A DNA stretch of 64,000 nucleotides. Origin: Candidatus Eiseniibacteriota bacterium (GTDB lineage: Bacteria; Eisenbacteria; RBG-16-71-46). The notes under the pieces are model-generated. The model had not been told where the DNA came from, did not search any database, and saw nothing but the letters and a program-made list of their open reading frames with translations. The position numbers and the translations under genes are program-made. The stretch's first letter is position 1. Every line of letters begins with the position of its first letter. This document shows positions 40,124 through 50,626 of the stretch, piece by piece. The stretch is from assembly GCA_963776245.1 (NCBI GenBank), contig CAVZLN010000006.1:800001-864000 (forward strand). Reading direction: 5' to 3'.

Positions 40124-40918
40124 CTACTTCAGCGTCTCCTCGAAGAAGTCCAGCATCGCGCGCCACGCCCGGCGCGCGGCGACCGGATTGTAGGCGGCGC
40201 CCTTGCTGTTGTCGGTGCCGGCGCGCGAGTCGGTGAAGCTGTGCACGGCTCCGCTGTACTGCACCAGCTGCCAGTCCACGCCCGCGGCGCGCATCTCGTC
40301 GGTGAACGCCTTCACCTCGTCCTGGTTCACGAACGGGTCATCGGCGCCGTGCAGCACGAGCACCTTGGCCTTGATGTTCTTCGCGTCCCGCGGATCGGCG
40401 CTCTTGAGCGAGCCGTGGAACGTGACCACGGCCCGGACCGGCGCGCCACTGCGCGCGAGCTCGAGCGCACCGGCCCCGCCGAAGCAGTAGCCGATCACAC
40501 CCAGACGCTCGCGATCGGTCTGCGGGCGGCTGGCGAGGTAATCCAGACCGGCGCGCACGCGGGCACGCAGGAGCGCGCGGTCCTGGTAGTACTTCCCGGC
40601 CTCGGCTCCGGCCGCTTTCGCGTCCGCGGGACGCACGCCCTTGCCGTAGACGTCGGCCGCGAGGGCCACGTAGCCGAGCGCGGCGAGCGCTTCGGCCTGC
40701 GACTTCTGGTGCTCCGTGGCACCGAACCAGTCGTGCACGATCAGCACCCCGGCACGTCTGCCCTGGACGGCGTCGTCGAACGAGAGGTAGCCCTGCAGCA
40801 CCTTGTCGCCCTGCGGGTACTCGACCGTCTGCGTGATCACCTTGGCCCCCGCTTCAGTCGCGAGCGACACGGAGAACAGGCACAGCAGCGACCACAGCCA
40901 CCCGGACGTCCTCTTCAT
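40124..40918 (-). CDS. Dienelactone hydrolase family protein (exported)
   Basis: IVHDWFG, GYCFGG, VTFHG, LHGADDP, HSFT. Confidence 0.9.
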   Translation of the reverse strand: MKRTSGWLWSLLCLFSVSLATEAGAKVITQTVEYPQGDKVLQGYLSFDDAVQGRRAGVLIVHDWFGATEHQKSQAEALAALGYVALAADVYGKGVRPADAKAAGAEAGKYYQDRALLRARVRAGLDYLASRPQTDRERLGVIGYCFGGAGALELARSGAPVRAVVTFHGSLKSADPRDAKNIKAKVLVLHGADDPFVNQDEVKAFTDEMRAAGVDWQLVQYSGAVHSFTDSRAGTDNSKGAAYNPVAARRAWRAMLDFFEETLK

Positions 40919-41122
40919 GCAGCCTCCCTCCGCGGATCATCGTCGAAGCGGCATTTCCCCGCGAGGCTCCCCCCACCGCACGGCTCGTGGGCCCCGCCTC
41001 GCCGGGGGGGTTTGATTCGTTCACGCGCCAAAGGGTGTCGGCGAAGCAGGGACGCGAGACTCGCGCGGCGCCGGGAGCCCGCTTCGCGGATACTCCCGGG
41101 GGCCCCGGGCCCGCAAGCGAGA

Positions 41123-41153
41123 ACCCCCCGCATCCTGGTCGGATGCGGGGGGT
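41123..41153 (-). terminator. Hairpin immediately downstream of the tRNA
   Basis: ACCCCCCGCATCC-N5-GGATGCGGGGGGT, 13-bp stem. Confidence 0.65.
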
Positions 41154-41162
41154 CTCGGTCAC

Positions 41163-41237
41163 TGGCTCCTCGGGTAGGATTCGAACCTACAACCCTCCGG
41201 TTAACAGCCGGATGCTCTACCATTGAGCTACCGAGGA
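41163..41237 (-). tRNA. tRNA-Asn (GTT)
   Basis: TCCTCGGTAGCTCAATGGTAGAGCATCCGGCTGTTAACCGGAGGGTTGTAGGTTCGAATCCTACCCGAGGAGCCA; cloverleaf, TTCGAA T-loop, encoded CCA. Confidence 0.97.
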
Positions 41238-41331
41238 ACGGTCTCGGGGTGGACCCGGAACCGGGTCGACCCACTTCGAAATGGGCGGCGAAGTCTATCC
41301 GCTGTCCACGACCCGGGTCAAGGCAATGGGC

Positions 41332-42348
41332 TCAGGCGCGGGCGTCCGCGCGTGCCGCGAGTTCGAGCTCGCGGGCCCGGAACGCGTACCCGCGGTGGCT
41401 CTCCGCGGGCCGATGTTCGAGGTGCCAGCGGACCACCTGCGGCAGGTAGTCGTCGAGGCGCGTGCCCAGCAGCCCCCATTCGCCCGCGGCGCGCGTGGCG
41501 TCGAGCACCGACGACCACGGGCCCGCGTACGGCGAGAAGGCGCGCTCGATGCCCGCCGCGCGGATCTCGCCACGCGGCACGTCCACGAATCGCGGCGTCA
41601 GCCCGGCGGCGGCCGCGACGCGCTCGAGCAGCTCGCGCAGGGTGACGGTCTCCGGCTGGCTCAGGTTGTACACGCGCTCGCGCGGCGGCGGCCCCTCGAA
41701 GAGCGCGACGATGGCGCGTGTCACGTCGCCGGCGTAGAGGTGGCGCACCGCGTTGGCGCCACCGTCGGGCAGCACCAGCGGACCGCGGTCGAGTAGTCGT
41801 TCGAGATACGCCCACAGGCGCAGCGTGCCATCCCCCTCGCCCTGCACGATGGGCAGGCGCAGGATGGTCGCGCGCACCCCATGCGAGGCGCGCAGCACCC
41901 GCACCACGCCTTCGGCGCGGCGTTTCCCTACGCCGTAGCGCCACTCGGCGTGCTCCGGGGAATCCGCGGGCGGCTCGGGGATCACCGGGCACTCGCTGGC
42001 CGCCTCGCGGAATGGAGGCGGCGCGGCCTCGGTGACCAGATAGACCTGCCCGGTCGAGATCATCACGTAGCGCCCGAGCGAGGCGTAGGGCACCAGCAGC
42101 AGGCGCTCGATGTCGGGGGCGTCGTAGGCGGTGAAGTCCACCGTGAAATCGAAGCGCGCGCCTTCGAGAACGGCCGCGAGCGAGGCCGGGTCCCGCCGGT
42201 CGGCGATCAGCGATTCCACGCCCTCGGGCACCGGGCGCCGGCCGCGTGAGAGTGCCGCCACCCGCGCGCCGCGCTCGAGCAGGGCGAGCGCGGTGCGCGC
42301 GCCCATGAAGCCGGTGCCTCCGATGAGCAGCACCCGCGCGCCGGTCAC
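41332..42348 (-). CDS. NAD-dependent epimerase/dehydratase family protein
   Basis: VLLIGGTGFMG, ISTGQVY, YGVGK. Confidence 0.85.
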   Translation of the reverse strand: MTGARVLLIGGTGFMGARTALALLERGARVAALSRGRRPVPEGVESLIADRRDPASLAAVLEGARFDFTVDFTAYDAPDIERLLLVPYASLGRYVMISTGQVYLVTEAAPPPFREAASECPVIPEPPADSPEHAEWRYGVGKRRAEGVVRVLRASHGVRATILRLPIVQGEGDGTLRLWAYLERLLDRGPLVLPDGGANAVRHLYAGDVTRAIVALFEGPPPRERVYNLSQPETVTLRELLERVAAAAGLTPRFVDVPRGEIRAAGIERAFSPYAGPWSSVLDATRAAGEWGLLGTRLDDYLPQVVRWHLEHRPAESHRGYAFRARELELAARADARA

Positions 42349-42522
42349 CAGGACCTGCCCTTCGGCCGCCGCCGGAGGAACGCAGCGGCGATCAGGACGA
42401 TGGATGGGCTGCGCATGTGGACCCCCGGATGGAGCGCTGCGGGCGCGGGCGAAAGCGAGGCGGTGAGACTACCCCGCGCGATGCTGCCGGGGAAAGCGGC
42501 GGCGGCGGCGCTGACGCTTCGC

Positions 42523-43164
42523 TCAGGCGGGCTCGTAGTTCTCCGCGCGGCACTCGGGGCAGAGCCCATGGCTCACGTCCGCGATGCCGTGCTGCGCCAG
42601 GTACTCGTCGAGCGCCTGCCAGGCATTGGACGCGTTGCGCGCGCGGTGGCAGAACGAGCACACCGACAGCGAGACGGCACCACCGGAATGGCCGTTCCCG
42701 GCCGGCCGGGGACGCGCGGCTTCCAGCTCTGACCTCACCGCCTGCAACTCGGACACGGTGCGGCGGAGATCCTGGGTGAGCAGCACGATCCTCAATCCCG
42801 CGCGCACCCGGGCCATCAGCTCGGCCTGGTCGCACGGCTTGACGAGGTAATCGTCCGCGCCGGTCTCGAGACCCAGCAGCCGGTCGCTCAGTTCGCCCTT
42901 CGCCGTCAGCAGGATGAAGTACGGCGCGGCCTCGAGCAGTCCCGTCTTCACCGACTGGCAGAGCTCGAGTCCGTCCACCTCGGGCATCATCCAGTCGGAG
43001 ATGACCAGGTCAGGCTCGAACGACACGATGGCCTTCATGCCCTCACGACCGTCCGAGGCGACCTGCACCTGGTAGCCCTCGACCTGGAGGCGCTTCTGCA
43101 GGACGCGCTGGAAGAACGCGTCGTCCTCGACCACTAGCACCTTGATCTCCCCGGTCGGCTTCAC
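42523..43164 (-). CDS. Response regulator with C-terminal Cys-rich tail
   Basis: GTGA overlap; VLVVEDD, SDWMMP, LLTAK, YLVKP; CSFC...SHGLCPEC. Confidence 0.88.
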   Translation of the reverse strand: MKPTGEIKVLVVEDDAFFQRVLQKRLQVEGYQVQVASDGREGMKAIVSFEPDLVISDWMMPEVDGLELCQSVKTGLLEAAPYFILLTAKGELSDRLLGLETGADDYLVKPCDQAELMARVRAGLRIVLLTQDLRRTVSELQAVRSELEAARPRPAGNGHSGGAVSLSVCSFCHRARNASNAWQALDEYLAQHGIADVSHGLCPECRAENYEPA

Positions 43165-43562
43165 GCTGCCTCCGCAAGGCTGCGGCGAACCTGTGCGACG
43201 AACGCCTCGTGGTCCACGATCGGCTTGGAGACGTAGTCGTCGGCTCCGCTCTCGGCCATCAGCGACGCGGCGTCGCCGCGCATGGCGTGCGCGGTGGCGA
43301 GCACCACCGGCAGCCGCGCGGTCGCGGGCGCGGACTTGAGCCGGTGGCACAGGTCCACCCCGTTCGCCGGGCGGCCGTCGACGCGCGTATGGGCGAGCGA
43401 CACGTCCATGATGATCAGATCCACGTCGCCGGAAGCCGCGAGCGCGAGCACTTCGGCGCCGTCCTCGGAGACGGTCACGCGGAAACCGCCGCGCTTCTCG
43501 AGGATCTTGCGGAACAGGATCGCGTTGTGCGGGTCGTCCTCGACCACCAGGATGTGGCTCAT
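43161..43562 (-). CDS. Single-domain response regulator (DivK/CheY-like)
   Basis: MSHILVVEDD, IMDVSL, ATAHAMRGD, YVSKP. Confidence 0.9.
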   Translation of the reverse strand: MSHILVVEDDPHNAILFRKILEKRGGFRVTVSEDGAEVLALAASGDVDLIIMDVSLAHTRVDGRPANGVDLCHRLKSAPATARLPVVLATAHAMRGDAASLMAESGADDYVSKPIVDHEAFVAQVRRSLAEAA

Positions 43563-46500
43563 GCGGCCCTTTCGGTGGGCCCGCCGGCGGGCTCGTCCTC
43601 TTCGGTGTTCTCGCGCGCCACCTGCAGGTGCCAGTCGATGATGTGCGGCAGCAGCAGGGGGTTGTCGTGCACCGATCCCTTGGGCACGACGTCCAGCACC
43701 ATCCCCTCCTGCAGCAAGCGCCGCTCCTCGTCGGAGCGTCCCTCGGGGAAGTTCGTGAGCACCAGGACGGGCAGGTCCGGTGCCAGGTTGGAGAGCGTCA
43801 TCTCGCGCAGCACGTCGTATCCGCTCACCTCGGGCATCATGAGGTCGAGCAGCAGCAGGTCGAACCCGCGGGGCTGCGTGCGCAGCAGGTGCAGGCACTC
43901 CTCGCCATTGGTGGTGATCTCGACCATGAAGCGCTCCGGCGGGAGCACCTTGCGCACGTAGGCGGCCACGGCCGGATCGTCGTCGGCCATCAGGACCCGC
44001 AGCGTGCGCCCCACATCGCCGTCGACCAGTTCCCGGATCTTCGCCAGCAGGGCCGCGCCCTCGATCGGCTTCTGCAGATGGTGCGGCTTGCGAGCGAACG
44101 CGGTGGCCTTCAGCTTCGCCTTGAGTTCACCGTCGAAACCGGTGACGAACACGATCGGGACATGGCGCGTCTTGGGATCCGCCGTCATCCGCTCGGCGAG
44201 GTCCCAACCGGTGCGCAGGTGCGCGCCGTCTGAGGAGGTCAGAGCGTAGTCGAGCACGACCACCGCGGGTCGCAGGCGCCGCGCGAGCATCCAGCCGATC
44301 TCGGCATTGCGGGCCTCGACGGTGCGGTACCCGTGCTGGTGGAGCAGCGTGCCGAGGAACAGACGGAAGGTCGGGTCGTCCTCCACCACCATCACCAGCG
44401 TGCCGTCCTGCGGGCCCTGGATCCGCTGGGCCGCGGTCTCCTCGTCCACCGTCTCCGCGTCGGTCTCCCCGTGCCACACCGGCAGCGAGAAGTACATGCG
44501 CGTGCCCGTGCCCGGGCCGTCGCTGTGCACCCCGATGATCCCGCCCATCAGCTCGACCAGGCTACGCGAGATGGCGAGGCCCAGGCCCGTGCCTCCGTAC
44601 CGGCGCGTCGTGCTGCCGTCGCCCTGCGTGAACTTCTCGAAGATCACCTTCTGGCGGTCGGCCGGGATGCCCACCCCGGTGTCGTGGACCTCGAGCATCA
44701 CGTACCCGAGCTCGGCGTGAGGGAGCGCGCGCACGGTGATGCTGCCGGTGTGAGTGAACTTGAGACTGTTCCCGACCAGGTTGATGAGGATCTGCTTGAC
44801 CTTGCCGAAGTCGCCGCGCACCCCGAGCAGGCGGTCGTCCGGCGGCACGAAGGTGAGTCGCAGGCCCTTTTGCGCGGCCTGGACATGCGCGATGGTGTAC
44901 ACCTCGTCGAACAGCGCCCCGATGTCGATGCGCTCGATCTCGAGGGTGAGCTTGCCGGCCTCGATCTTGGCGATGTCGAGCACGTCGTTGATCAGACCCA
45001 GCAGGTGACGGGAACACTGCAGCGCCTGCTTCTGGAAGTCGCGCTCCTCCTCCGGCGAGTCGCACATGCCGTCGAGCACCAGTTGGAGGAACCCGATCAT
45101 GCCGTTCAGCGGGGTGCGCAATTCGTGCGAGGTGTTGGCCAGGAACTCACTCTTGAGCCGCGAGGCCTCCTCCAGCTGGGCGTTGGCCTCCTCCAGCCGC
45201 CGGTTGCTCACCTCGAGGCCCTCGGCGAACGCCTGGATGCGGCGCTCGGCCTCGATGCGGTCGCTGACGTCCCGCACGATCGCGGTGTGCAGCAGGTCTT
45301 CGCCCTCTCCCGAGGTGCCGAGCGAGAACTCCACCGGGACGGAGGCGCCGTCGGAGCGCAGCACCTCGGACTTGACCACGGTGCCGGCCGTGGGGGCACC
45401 GGCCTCGAACGGTCCGGGGTGCAGGAAGCGCTCGAGCGGAGCGTCCCGCAGCTCGGCGATGGAGCGGCCGAGCAGCGCTTCGGCCGCCCGGTTCACGTTC
45501 CGCACGCGGCCCGCGGCGTCGAGCGTGACGATGGCGTCGAAGGCATTGTCGAACACCGCCTGCACGCGGGCGGCGTGGCGGCGGGTGATCTCCATCTCGC
45601 GCTGCGCGAGGCCGCCGAGATACTGGCGGCGCCAGAACCAGAAGGCGGTGATCGAGGCCAGGAACATCGCGAGGTCGAGGACCAGCAGCCCGATGAGCGT
45701 GTTGCGCATGCCCTCGAGCAGGGTGCGGCGCTCCGCCTGGCCGACCAGCCCCCAGCCCAGCTCGGGGAGGTAGCGTGAGACCGCCCAGTACACCGCGCCG
45801 TGCCCGCCCGTCACCTCGACGCTCGATTCCACGCCCGCCGCGGCCATCGCGGCCGCCTTGGCGCTGGGATCGGTGCCCGGGATCTGGTCGCCCGCCGCGA
45901 ACGCCGTCCCTGCCGCGGGCGCCGAGAGGAACACCACGTGGTCGCCCGCCGCGCGCACCAGGTAGGCCCCGGCCTCCGGGCCATAGCCGGGCCAATCCTG
46001 CAGGAGCGGCTCGAGCACGTCCGCGACCCGCACGTCGAAGATCGCGACCGGGGTCCCGGTCGCGTCCGCGAGGTCGGTCATGGGAACGGCGAGGGCCACG
46101 ACGGGGAACCCGCCGGAGCCGTGCAACAGATCTGCGAAGACGGGCGCGCCGACGCTCGCCGCTCGCCGCGACAGCTTCCGCAGGTCGTCGGGGCGCTCGT
46201 CCTCCACGCCGGGGGTCGACGCGAGGATGCGGCCGTCCGGACCGATCACCTGCACGGCCATGAAGTCGAACGTGCGCCCGGCGCGCACCAGCTCGGCCTG
46301 AAGGCGCTCGCGTTCCGCAGCCGTGAGCGGCCGGACGATCGCCCTCCGGGTCAGGTCCAGCAGGCCGTCGCTTCCCGCCGCGAAGCGTGCCTCGCGCGCG
46401 ACGTGATCGAGCGCGTCGCGCACCGCGTCGCGGCACTGGTCGGTCTGGGCGACGAGATGGCCCCACTTCTGGTCGACGGTGCGGTTGCGCGTGCCCTGGT

Positions 46501-46699
46501 AGATGCCGACGTTCAGCAGCGCCAGGCTGACCACCGCGAGAGCGGTCAGCCCGATGGCGATGCGCACCCCCTCCCGCCGGGCGTCGAGGCCACCGCCCAG
46601 CAGGGACGGGACCGCTCCCCGGGCATGCGCGGCACCGGGGGCATGGGGGGAAGCCGTTTTCGCCGGCTTCATCGTCGGGGGATGGTATCCGGAGGTCAT
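43559..46699 (-). CDS. Hybrid sensor histidine kinase (2 TM/Cache-like, PAS, HisKA, HATPase, two receivers); start may be 46672
   Basis: SHELRTPLN, NLVGNSLKFT, DTGVGI, GGTGLGL, two REC domains. Confidence 0.92.
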   Translation of the reverse strand: MTSGYHPPTMKPAKTASPHAPGAAHARGAVPSLLGGGLDARREGVRIAIGLTALAVVSLALLNVGIYQGTRNRTVDQKWGHLVAQTDQCRDAVRDALDHVAREARFAAGSDGLLDLTRRAIVRPLTAAERERLQAELVRAGRTFDFMAVQVIGPDGRILASTPGVEDERPDDLRKLSRRAASVGAPVFADLLHGSGGFPVVALAVPMTDLADATGTPVAIFDVRVADVLEPLLQDWPGYGPEAGAYLVRAAGDHVVFLSAPAAGTAFAAGDQIPGTDPSAKAAAMAAAGVESSVEVTGGHGAVYWAVSRYLPELGWGLVGQAERRTLLEGMRNTLIGLLVLDLAMFLASITAFWFWRRQYLGGLAQREMEITRRHAARVQAVFDNAFDAIVTLDAAGRVRNVNRAAEALLGRSIAELRDAPLERFLHPGPFEAGAPTAGTVVKSEVLRSDGASVPVEFSLGTSGEGEDLLHTAIVRDVSDRIEAERRIQAFAEGLEVSNRRLEEANAQLEEASRLKSEFLANTSHELRTPLNGMIGFLQLVLDGMCDSPEEERDFQKQALQCSRHLLGLINDVLDIAKIEAGKLTLEIERIDIGALFDEVYTIAHVQAAQKGLRLTFVPPDDRLLGVRGDFGKVKQILINLVGNSLKFTHTGSITVRALPHAELGYVMLEVHDTGVGIPADRQKVIFEKFTQGDGSTTRRYGGTGLGLAISRSLVELMGGIIGVHSDGPGTGTRMYFSLPVWHGETDAETVDEETAAQRIQGPQDGTLVMVVEDDPTFRLFLGTLLHQHGYRTVEARNAEIGWMLARRLRPAVVVLDYALTSSDGAHLRTGWDLAERMTADPKTRHVPIVFVTGFDGELKAKLKATAFARKPHHLQKPIEGAALLAKIRELVDGDVGRTLRVLMADDDPAVAAYVRKVLPPERFMVEITTNGEECLHLLRTQPRGFDLLLLDLMMPEVSGYDVLREMTLSNLAPDLPVLVLTNFPEGRSDEERRLLQEGMVLDVVPKGSVHDNPLLLPHIIDWHLQVARENTEEDEPAGGPTERAA

Positions 46700-46800
46700 G
46701 GTCAGGGGGGGCGCACTCCGGCGTCCCCCCTGAAGATTATCGGCAAGCGACAGCGCGACTTGAGCGGGGAGCCGCGCGCTGCTTCACGAGCCCGACCGGG

Positions 46801-48702
46801 CTACGGGCGCGGGGCGTCGTTGCGCTGCCAGTACTTGGGCCGGACGTTCGCCTGGAGAACCCGCTTGCGCAGCCGGAGTGCCGCCGGCGTGACCTCGAGC
46901 AGCTCGTCCTCGCGGATCCACTCGAGCGCCTGCTCGAGGGACATCTTCTGCGCCGGGAGCAGGTGCACGCTCTCCTCGGAGTTGGACGAGCGCATGTTGG
47001 TGAGCTTCTTCTCCTTGACGATGTTGACGTCGATGTCCTCTTCGCGCGCGTTCTCCCCCACCACCATGCCCTCGTAGCACCGGTCCCCGGGCTCGACGAA
47101 CATCTTGCCGCGGTCCTGCGCGTGCTCGATGGCATAGGCGGTGATGCGCCCCGCGCGGTCGGCGGCCAGCGCCCCGGTGGTGCGGTGCGGGATGTCGCCC
47201 TGCCAGGCCTCGTAGCCGTCGAACAGGTGGTTCAGGAGCCCGGTACCGCGCGTGTCGGTCAGGAACTGATTGCGGAAGCCGATGAGCCCGCGCGAGGGGA
47301 TGCGGAACTCCAGCCGCACGCGGCCGGTCCCGTGGTTGACCATGTTGGTCATGCGGCCCTTGCGACGCCCCATCTTCTCGGTGACGATGCCCACGAACTC
47401 CTCGGGACAATCGATGACGAGCTTCTCCATCGGCTCGAACACCTCCCCGTTCTCCTTGCGGGTGATGACCTCGGGCTTGCTCACGGCGAGCTCGAAGCCC
47501 TCGCGACGCATCATCTCGATGAGGATCGCCATCTGCAGCTCGCCGCGTCCCGAGACCTGGAACGCGTCGGGCGTGTCGCAGGGTTCGATCCGGATGCTCA
47601 CGTTGGTGAGCAGTTCGCGCTCGAGCCGGTCCTTGAGGTGCCGCGAGGTGATGTACTTGCCCTCCTGCCCGGCGAACGGCGAGGTGTTGATCGAGAACAC
47701 CATGCTCACGGTGGGCTCGTCGACGACCACGCGCGGCAGCGGCGAAGGCCGGTCCACCTCGGTGACGGTGTCGCCGATATGCACCTCCGCGAATCCCGCC
47801 AGCGCCACGATCTCCCCGGGGCCCGCCTGGGCCACCTCGGTGCGGTCGAGGTTCTCGAAGACGTACAGGTTGGTGACGCGTGCCCGGCTCAGGCTGCCGT
47901 CGAGGCGCACCAGCGCCACGTCCTGCTTCGCCGAGACCGTGCCGTTGACGATCCGGCCGATGGCGAGGCGTCCGATGTAGTCGGAGTAGTCGAGGTTGAG
48001 CACCAGCATCTGCAGCGGCAGGTCGGGCTCGTAGATCGGCGCCGGGATGTGCTCGATGATGGCCTCGAAGAGCGGCACGAGCTTGTGGTCCTCGCCATCG
48101 GGCGTGAAGCGGCAGATCCCATCGCGGGCGATCGTGTACAGCACCGGGAAGTCGAGCTGCCCCTCGTGGGCGTCGAGATCGATGAACAGGTCGTAGATCT
48201 CGTCGAGCACCTCCGCGGGCCGGGCGTCCTTGCGGTCGATCTTGTTGATGACCACGATCGGGGCGAGCCCCAGCTCGAGCGCCTTCTTGAGCACGAAGCG
48301 CGTCTGCGGCAGCGGACCCTCGCTGGCGTCCACCAGCAGCAGCACCCCGTCCACCATCTTGAGCGTGCGTTCGACCTCGCCGCCGAAGTCCGCGTGGCCC
48401 GGGGTGTCCACGATGTTGATCTTGTGCGCGCCGTAGCGCACCGCGGTGTTCTTGGCGAGGATGGTGATGCCCTTCTCGCGCTCGAGATCGTTGGAGTCCA
48501 TGATGCGATCCACGACCTCCTGGTTGGCGCGGAACACGCCGCTCTGCCACAGCATCGCGTCCACCAGGGTGGTCTTGCCGTGGTCGACGTGGGCGACGAT
48601 GGCGATGTTGCGCAGGTCCTCGCGGACCGCGCCGCGCGCCGCGGGAGTGGGGCGAGCGCTGGTGGGGTTCAGGCTGGTGGGGTTCAAGACGTCCTCCTTC
48701 AT
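46801..48702 (-). CDS. typA: Translational GTPase TypA/BipA
   Basis: [46 protein letters not shown]. Confidence 0.96.
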   Translation of the reverse strand: MKEDVLNPTSLNPTSARPTPAARGAVREDLRNIAIVAHVDHGKTTLVDAMLWQSGVFRANQEVVDRIMDSNDLEREKGITILAKNTAVRYGAHKINIVDTPGHADFGGEVERTLKMVDGVLLLVDASEGPLPQTRFVLKKALELGLAPIVVINKIDRKDARPAEVLDEIYDLFIDLDAHEGQLDFPVLYTIARDGICRFTPDGEDHKLVPLFEAIIEHIPAPIYEPDLPLQMLVLNLDYSDYIGRLAIGRIVNGTVSAKQDVALVRLDGSLSRARVTNLYVFENLDRTEVAQAGPGEIVALAGFAEVHIGDTVTEVDRPSPLPRVVVDEPTVSMVFSINTSPFAGQEGKYITSRHLKDRLERELLTNVSIRIEPCDTPDAFQVSGRGELQMAILIEMMRREGFELAVSKPEVITRKENGEVFEPMEKLVIDCPEEFVGIVTEKMGRRKGRMTNMVNHGTGRVRLEFRIPSRGLIGFRNQFLTDTRGTGLLNHLFDGYEAWQGDIPHRTTGALAADRAGRITAYAIEHAQDRGKMFVEPGDRCYEGMVVGENAREEDIDVNIVKEKKLTNMRSSNSEESVHLLPAQKMSLEQALEWIREDELLEVTPAALRLRKRVLQANVRPKYWQRNDAPRP

Positions 48703-49928
48703 GGGTGATCCGCGGACGCCGTCAGGCCGAGCGCGCGCAGCAGCGCGGGCCAGTAGCCCTTCTGCTCGACGAGCGAATCGTAGGAGTACAGCGCCAGCCG
48801 GGGGAATCCCAGCGTGCGCGCTCCCAGGATCTTCGCGGCCGCGGCCGCGGGCCCGGTGTTGTAGATGGCGATGCCAGGCACCACGCGGTCGGTGGCACCG
48901 AGCTCGCGCAGCGTGGCGAGCAACTGGTCCATCACCGTCTGGACCACCGGGGCGTAGCACATCAGGTAGACCCGATCGAGCAGGGTGTCGCGCAGCCAGC
49001 CGCGCCACTGCTGCGCGTGCCGGCGCTCCGCGTTGGCCGTGTCGGGAAGCACCGCGGCACTGAGCTGGATGCCGGGACGCACGGTGGCGAGCGAATCCCT
49101 CACCCCGCGCACGATGGCGGTGACCTGGGCGAGCTGGAAGGCCGACCACGCCGAGTCCATCGCCGCCCGGCGGGCGGGCGGCAGGCGGCCGAAGCGATCC
49201 GGGTCGACGCCGGTCTCCAGCGCGAACCGCGCCCGCGTGGTCATGTCGTAGCCGACCGCCACGCCGGGCTGGCGGATGTAGTCGAGGTGCACCCCGTCCA
49301 CCGGGTACCGCACGGCGATCTCGCGGGCCACGCTGGCGATCCACGCCTGCACCCCGGGATGGGCGGGACTCAGGAACACCCCCTCAATGTGCAGCCGCCG
49401 GCGCTCGCGTTCGGGGATCTGGCTGAGGCGGCGTCCGTCGCGCATCCGCGCCACCCACTCGGGATGCGCCCGGATGACGTGACGGGGATCGCGCGGCGGC
49501 CGCGGCGCCGACCACACCAGGACGCAGTTCATCCACGCGTGCACCTCGAGCCCCGCGGCATGCGCCTGCGGCAGCAGCGCCCCGAGCGGATCGAACCCCG
49601 GCGGGGTGGTGCTCGCGCTCAGCGCCTCCGCCCGCGGCAGCAGATCCGAGCGATAGTAGGCGTCGCCGCGCCCGACCACCTGCACCAGCAGACCGCGCAC
49701 GCCCAGCGCCCGCGCGCGGCGCACGACCTCGTCCACGTCCGCCGGACAGGTGAGGGCCGTGCGCACGACCCACAGGTCGTCCACCAGCGGGCCCGCCGGA
49801 CGTGCGAGGGCCGTGGTGTCTGCCGTGGACGGCGGGACCGGCTCCGGCGGCTGCGCCCACGCCGGGCACGCCAGCGCCACCGCCATCAACAGCGGCCAGC
49901 AGAGCCTCGTGCGTTGGCCTCGGATCAT
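48699..49928 (-). CDS. Glycoside hydrolase-like family 10 protein (YddW/DigH-like)
   Basis: [38 protein letters not shown]. Confidence 0.85.
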   Translation of the reverse strand: MIRGQRTRLCWPLLMAVALACPAWAQPPEPVPPSTADTTALARPAGPLVDDLWVVRTALTCPADVDEVVRRARALGVRGLLVQVVGRGDAYYRSDLLPRAEALSASTTPPGFDPLGALLPQAHAAGLEVHAWMNCVLVWSAPRPPRDPRHVIRAHPEWVARMRDGRRLSQIPERERRRLHIEGVFLSPAHPGVQAWIASVAREIAVRYPVDGVHLDYIRQPGVAVGYDMTTRARFALETGVDPDRFGRLPPARRAAMDSAWSAFQLAQVTAIVRGVRDSLATVRPGIQLSAAVLPDTANAERRHAQQWRGWLRDTLLDRVYLMCYAPVVQTVMDQLLATLRELGATDRVVPGIAIYNTGPAAAAAKILGARTLGFPRLALYSYDSLVEQKGYWPALLRALGLTASADHP

Positions 49929-50011
49929 GTGAGCGGAATCCTCCCGGTGACACGTGCGCGGGCGGAAGGTCCCCCCTCCGCCCGCGCGATGCTGCGACCG
50001 CGATCGGCGCG

Positions 50012-50587
50012 CTAGCCGGTCTTCACCCGTCCACGGCGACGCGCGGGGGTCGCGACCTCGCTGTCCTTCTCGTCGCGCTTCCGGCCACGCTTCGACTTGT
50101 CGGGGGCGTCGGATTCGCCCTTCCCCTCTTCCTTGCCTTCCTTCTTCTTGGCCGTCTTGCTGCCCTTGAGCGCCGCTTCCTTCGCTTCGGCGGCGGCGAT
50201 GCGGTCCTGACGCTCCTGGTCCTTCTGCTCGACGCTCTTCACCAGTTCGAGATAGCCCGTCTCCGCCGCGTCCCCGAGCCGGCGACCGATCCGCACGATG
50301 CGCGTGTAGCCGCCCTTGCGGTCCGCGTACCACGGCGCGATGGTGGCGAACAGCTTCTGCACCACCTCGGGCTTGAAGAGGAAGCGCGCGACGTGACGGC
50401 GGGCCGCCAGATCGCCCTGCTTTCCGAACGTGATGAGGCGCTCGGCGAGCCGCCGCGCCTCCTTGGCCTTCTCCACCGTGGTCTCGATGCGCTCGTACTG
50501 GAAGAGCGCCGTGACCAGGTTGCGGAGCACGGCACGACGGTGCGACGACGTGCGGCTCAGCTTGCGATGATCCTTGCGGTGACGCAT
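50012..50587 (-). CDS. rplQ: 50S ribosomal protein L17 (long C-terminal extension)
   Basis: MRHRK...LSRTSSHR...GGYTRI...RLGDAA. Confidence 0.96.
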   Translation of the reverse strand: MRHRKDHRKLSRTSSHRRAVLRNLVTALFQYERIETTVEKAKEARRLAERLITFGKQGDLAARRHVARFLFKPEVVQKLFATIAPWYADRKGGYTRIVRIGRRLGDAAETGYLELVKSVEQKDQERQDRIAAAEAKEAALKGSKTAKKKEGKEEGKGESDAPDKSKRGRKRDEKDSEVATPARRRGRVKTG

Positions 50588-50626
50588 GTGCGGTCGTCCT
50601 TCTCTGCCGGCTCTGGCGCGGGCGGA

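Noticed and set aside
37560..41237. Genomic island integrated at tRNA-Asn
   Set aside because: No integrase and no duplicated tRNA 3' end were seen in the window.
48658..48688. 15-bp tandem repeat at the typA 5' end (LNPTS twice)
   Set aside because: An in-frame slippage duplication in a non-conserved N-terminal leader, with no evidence of function.
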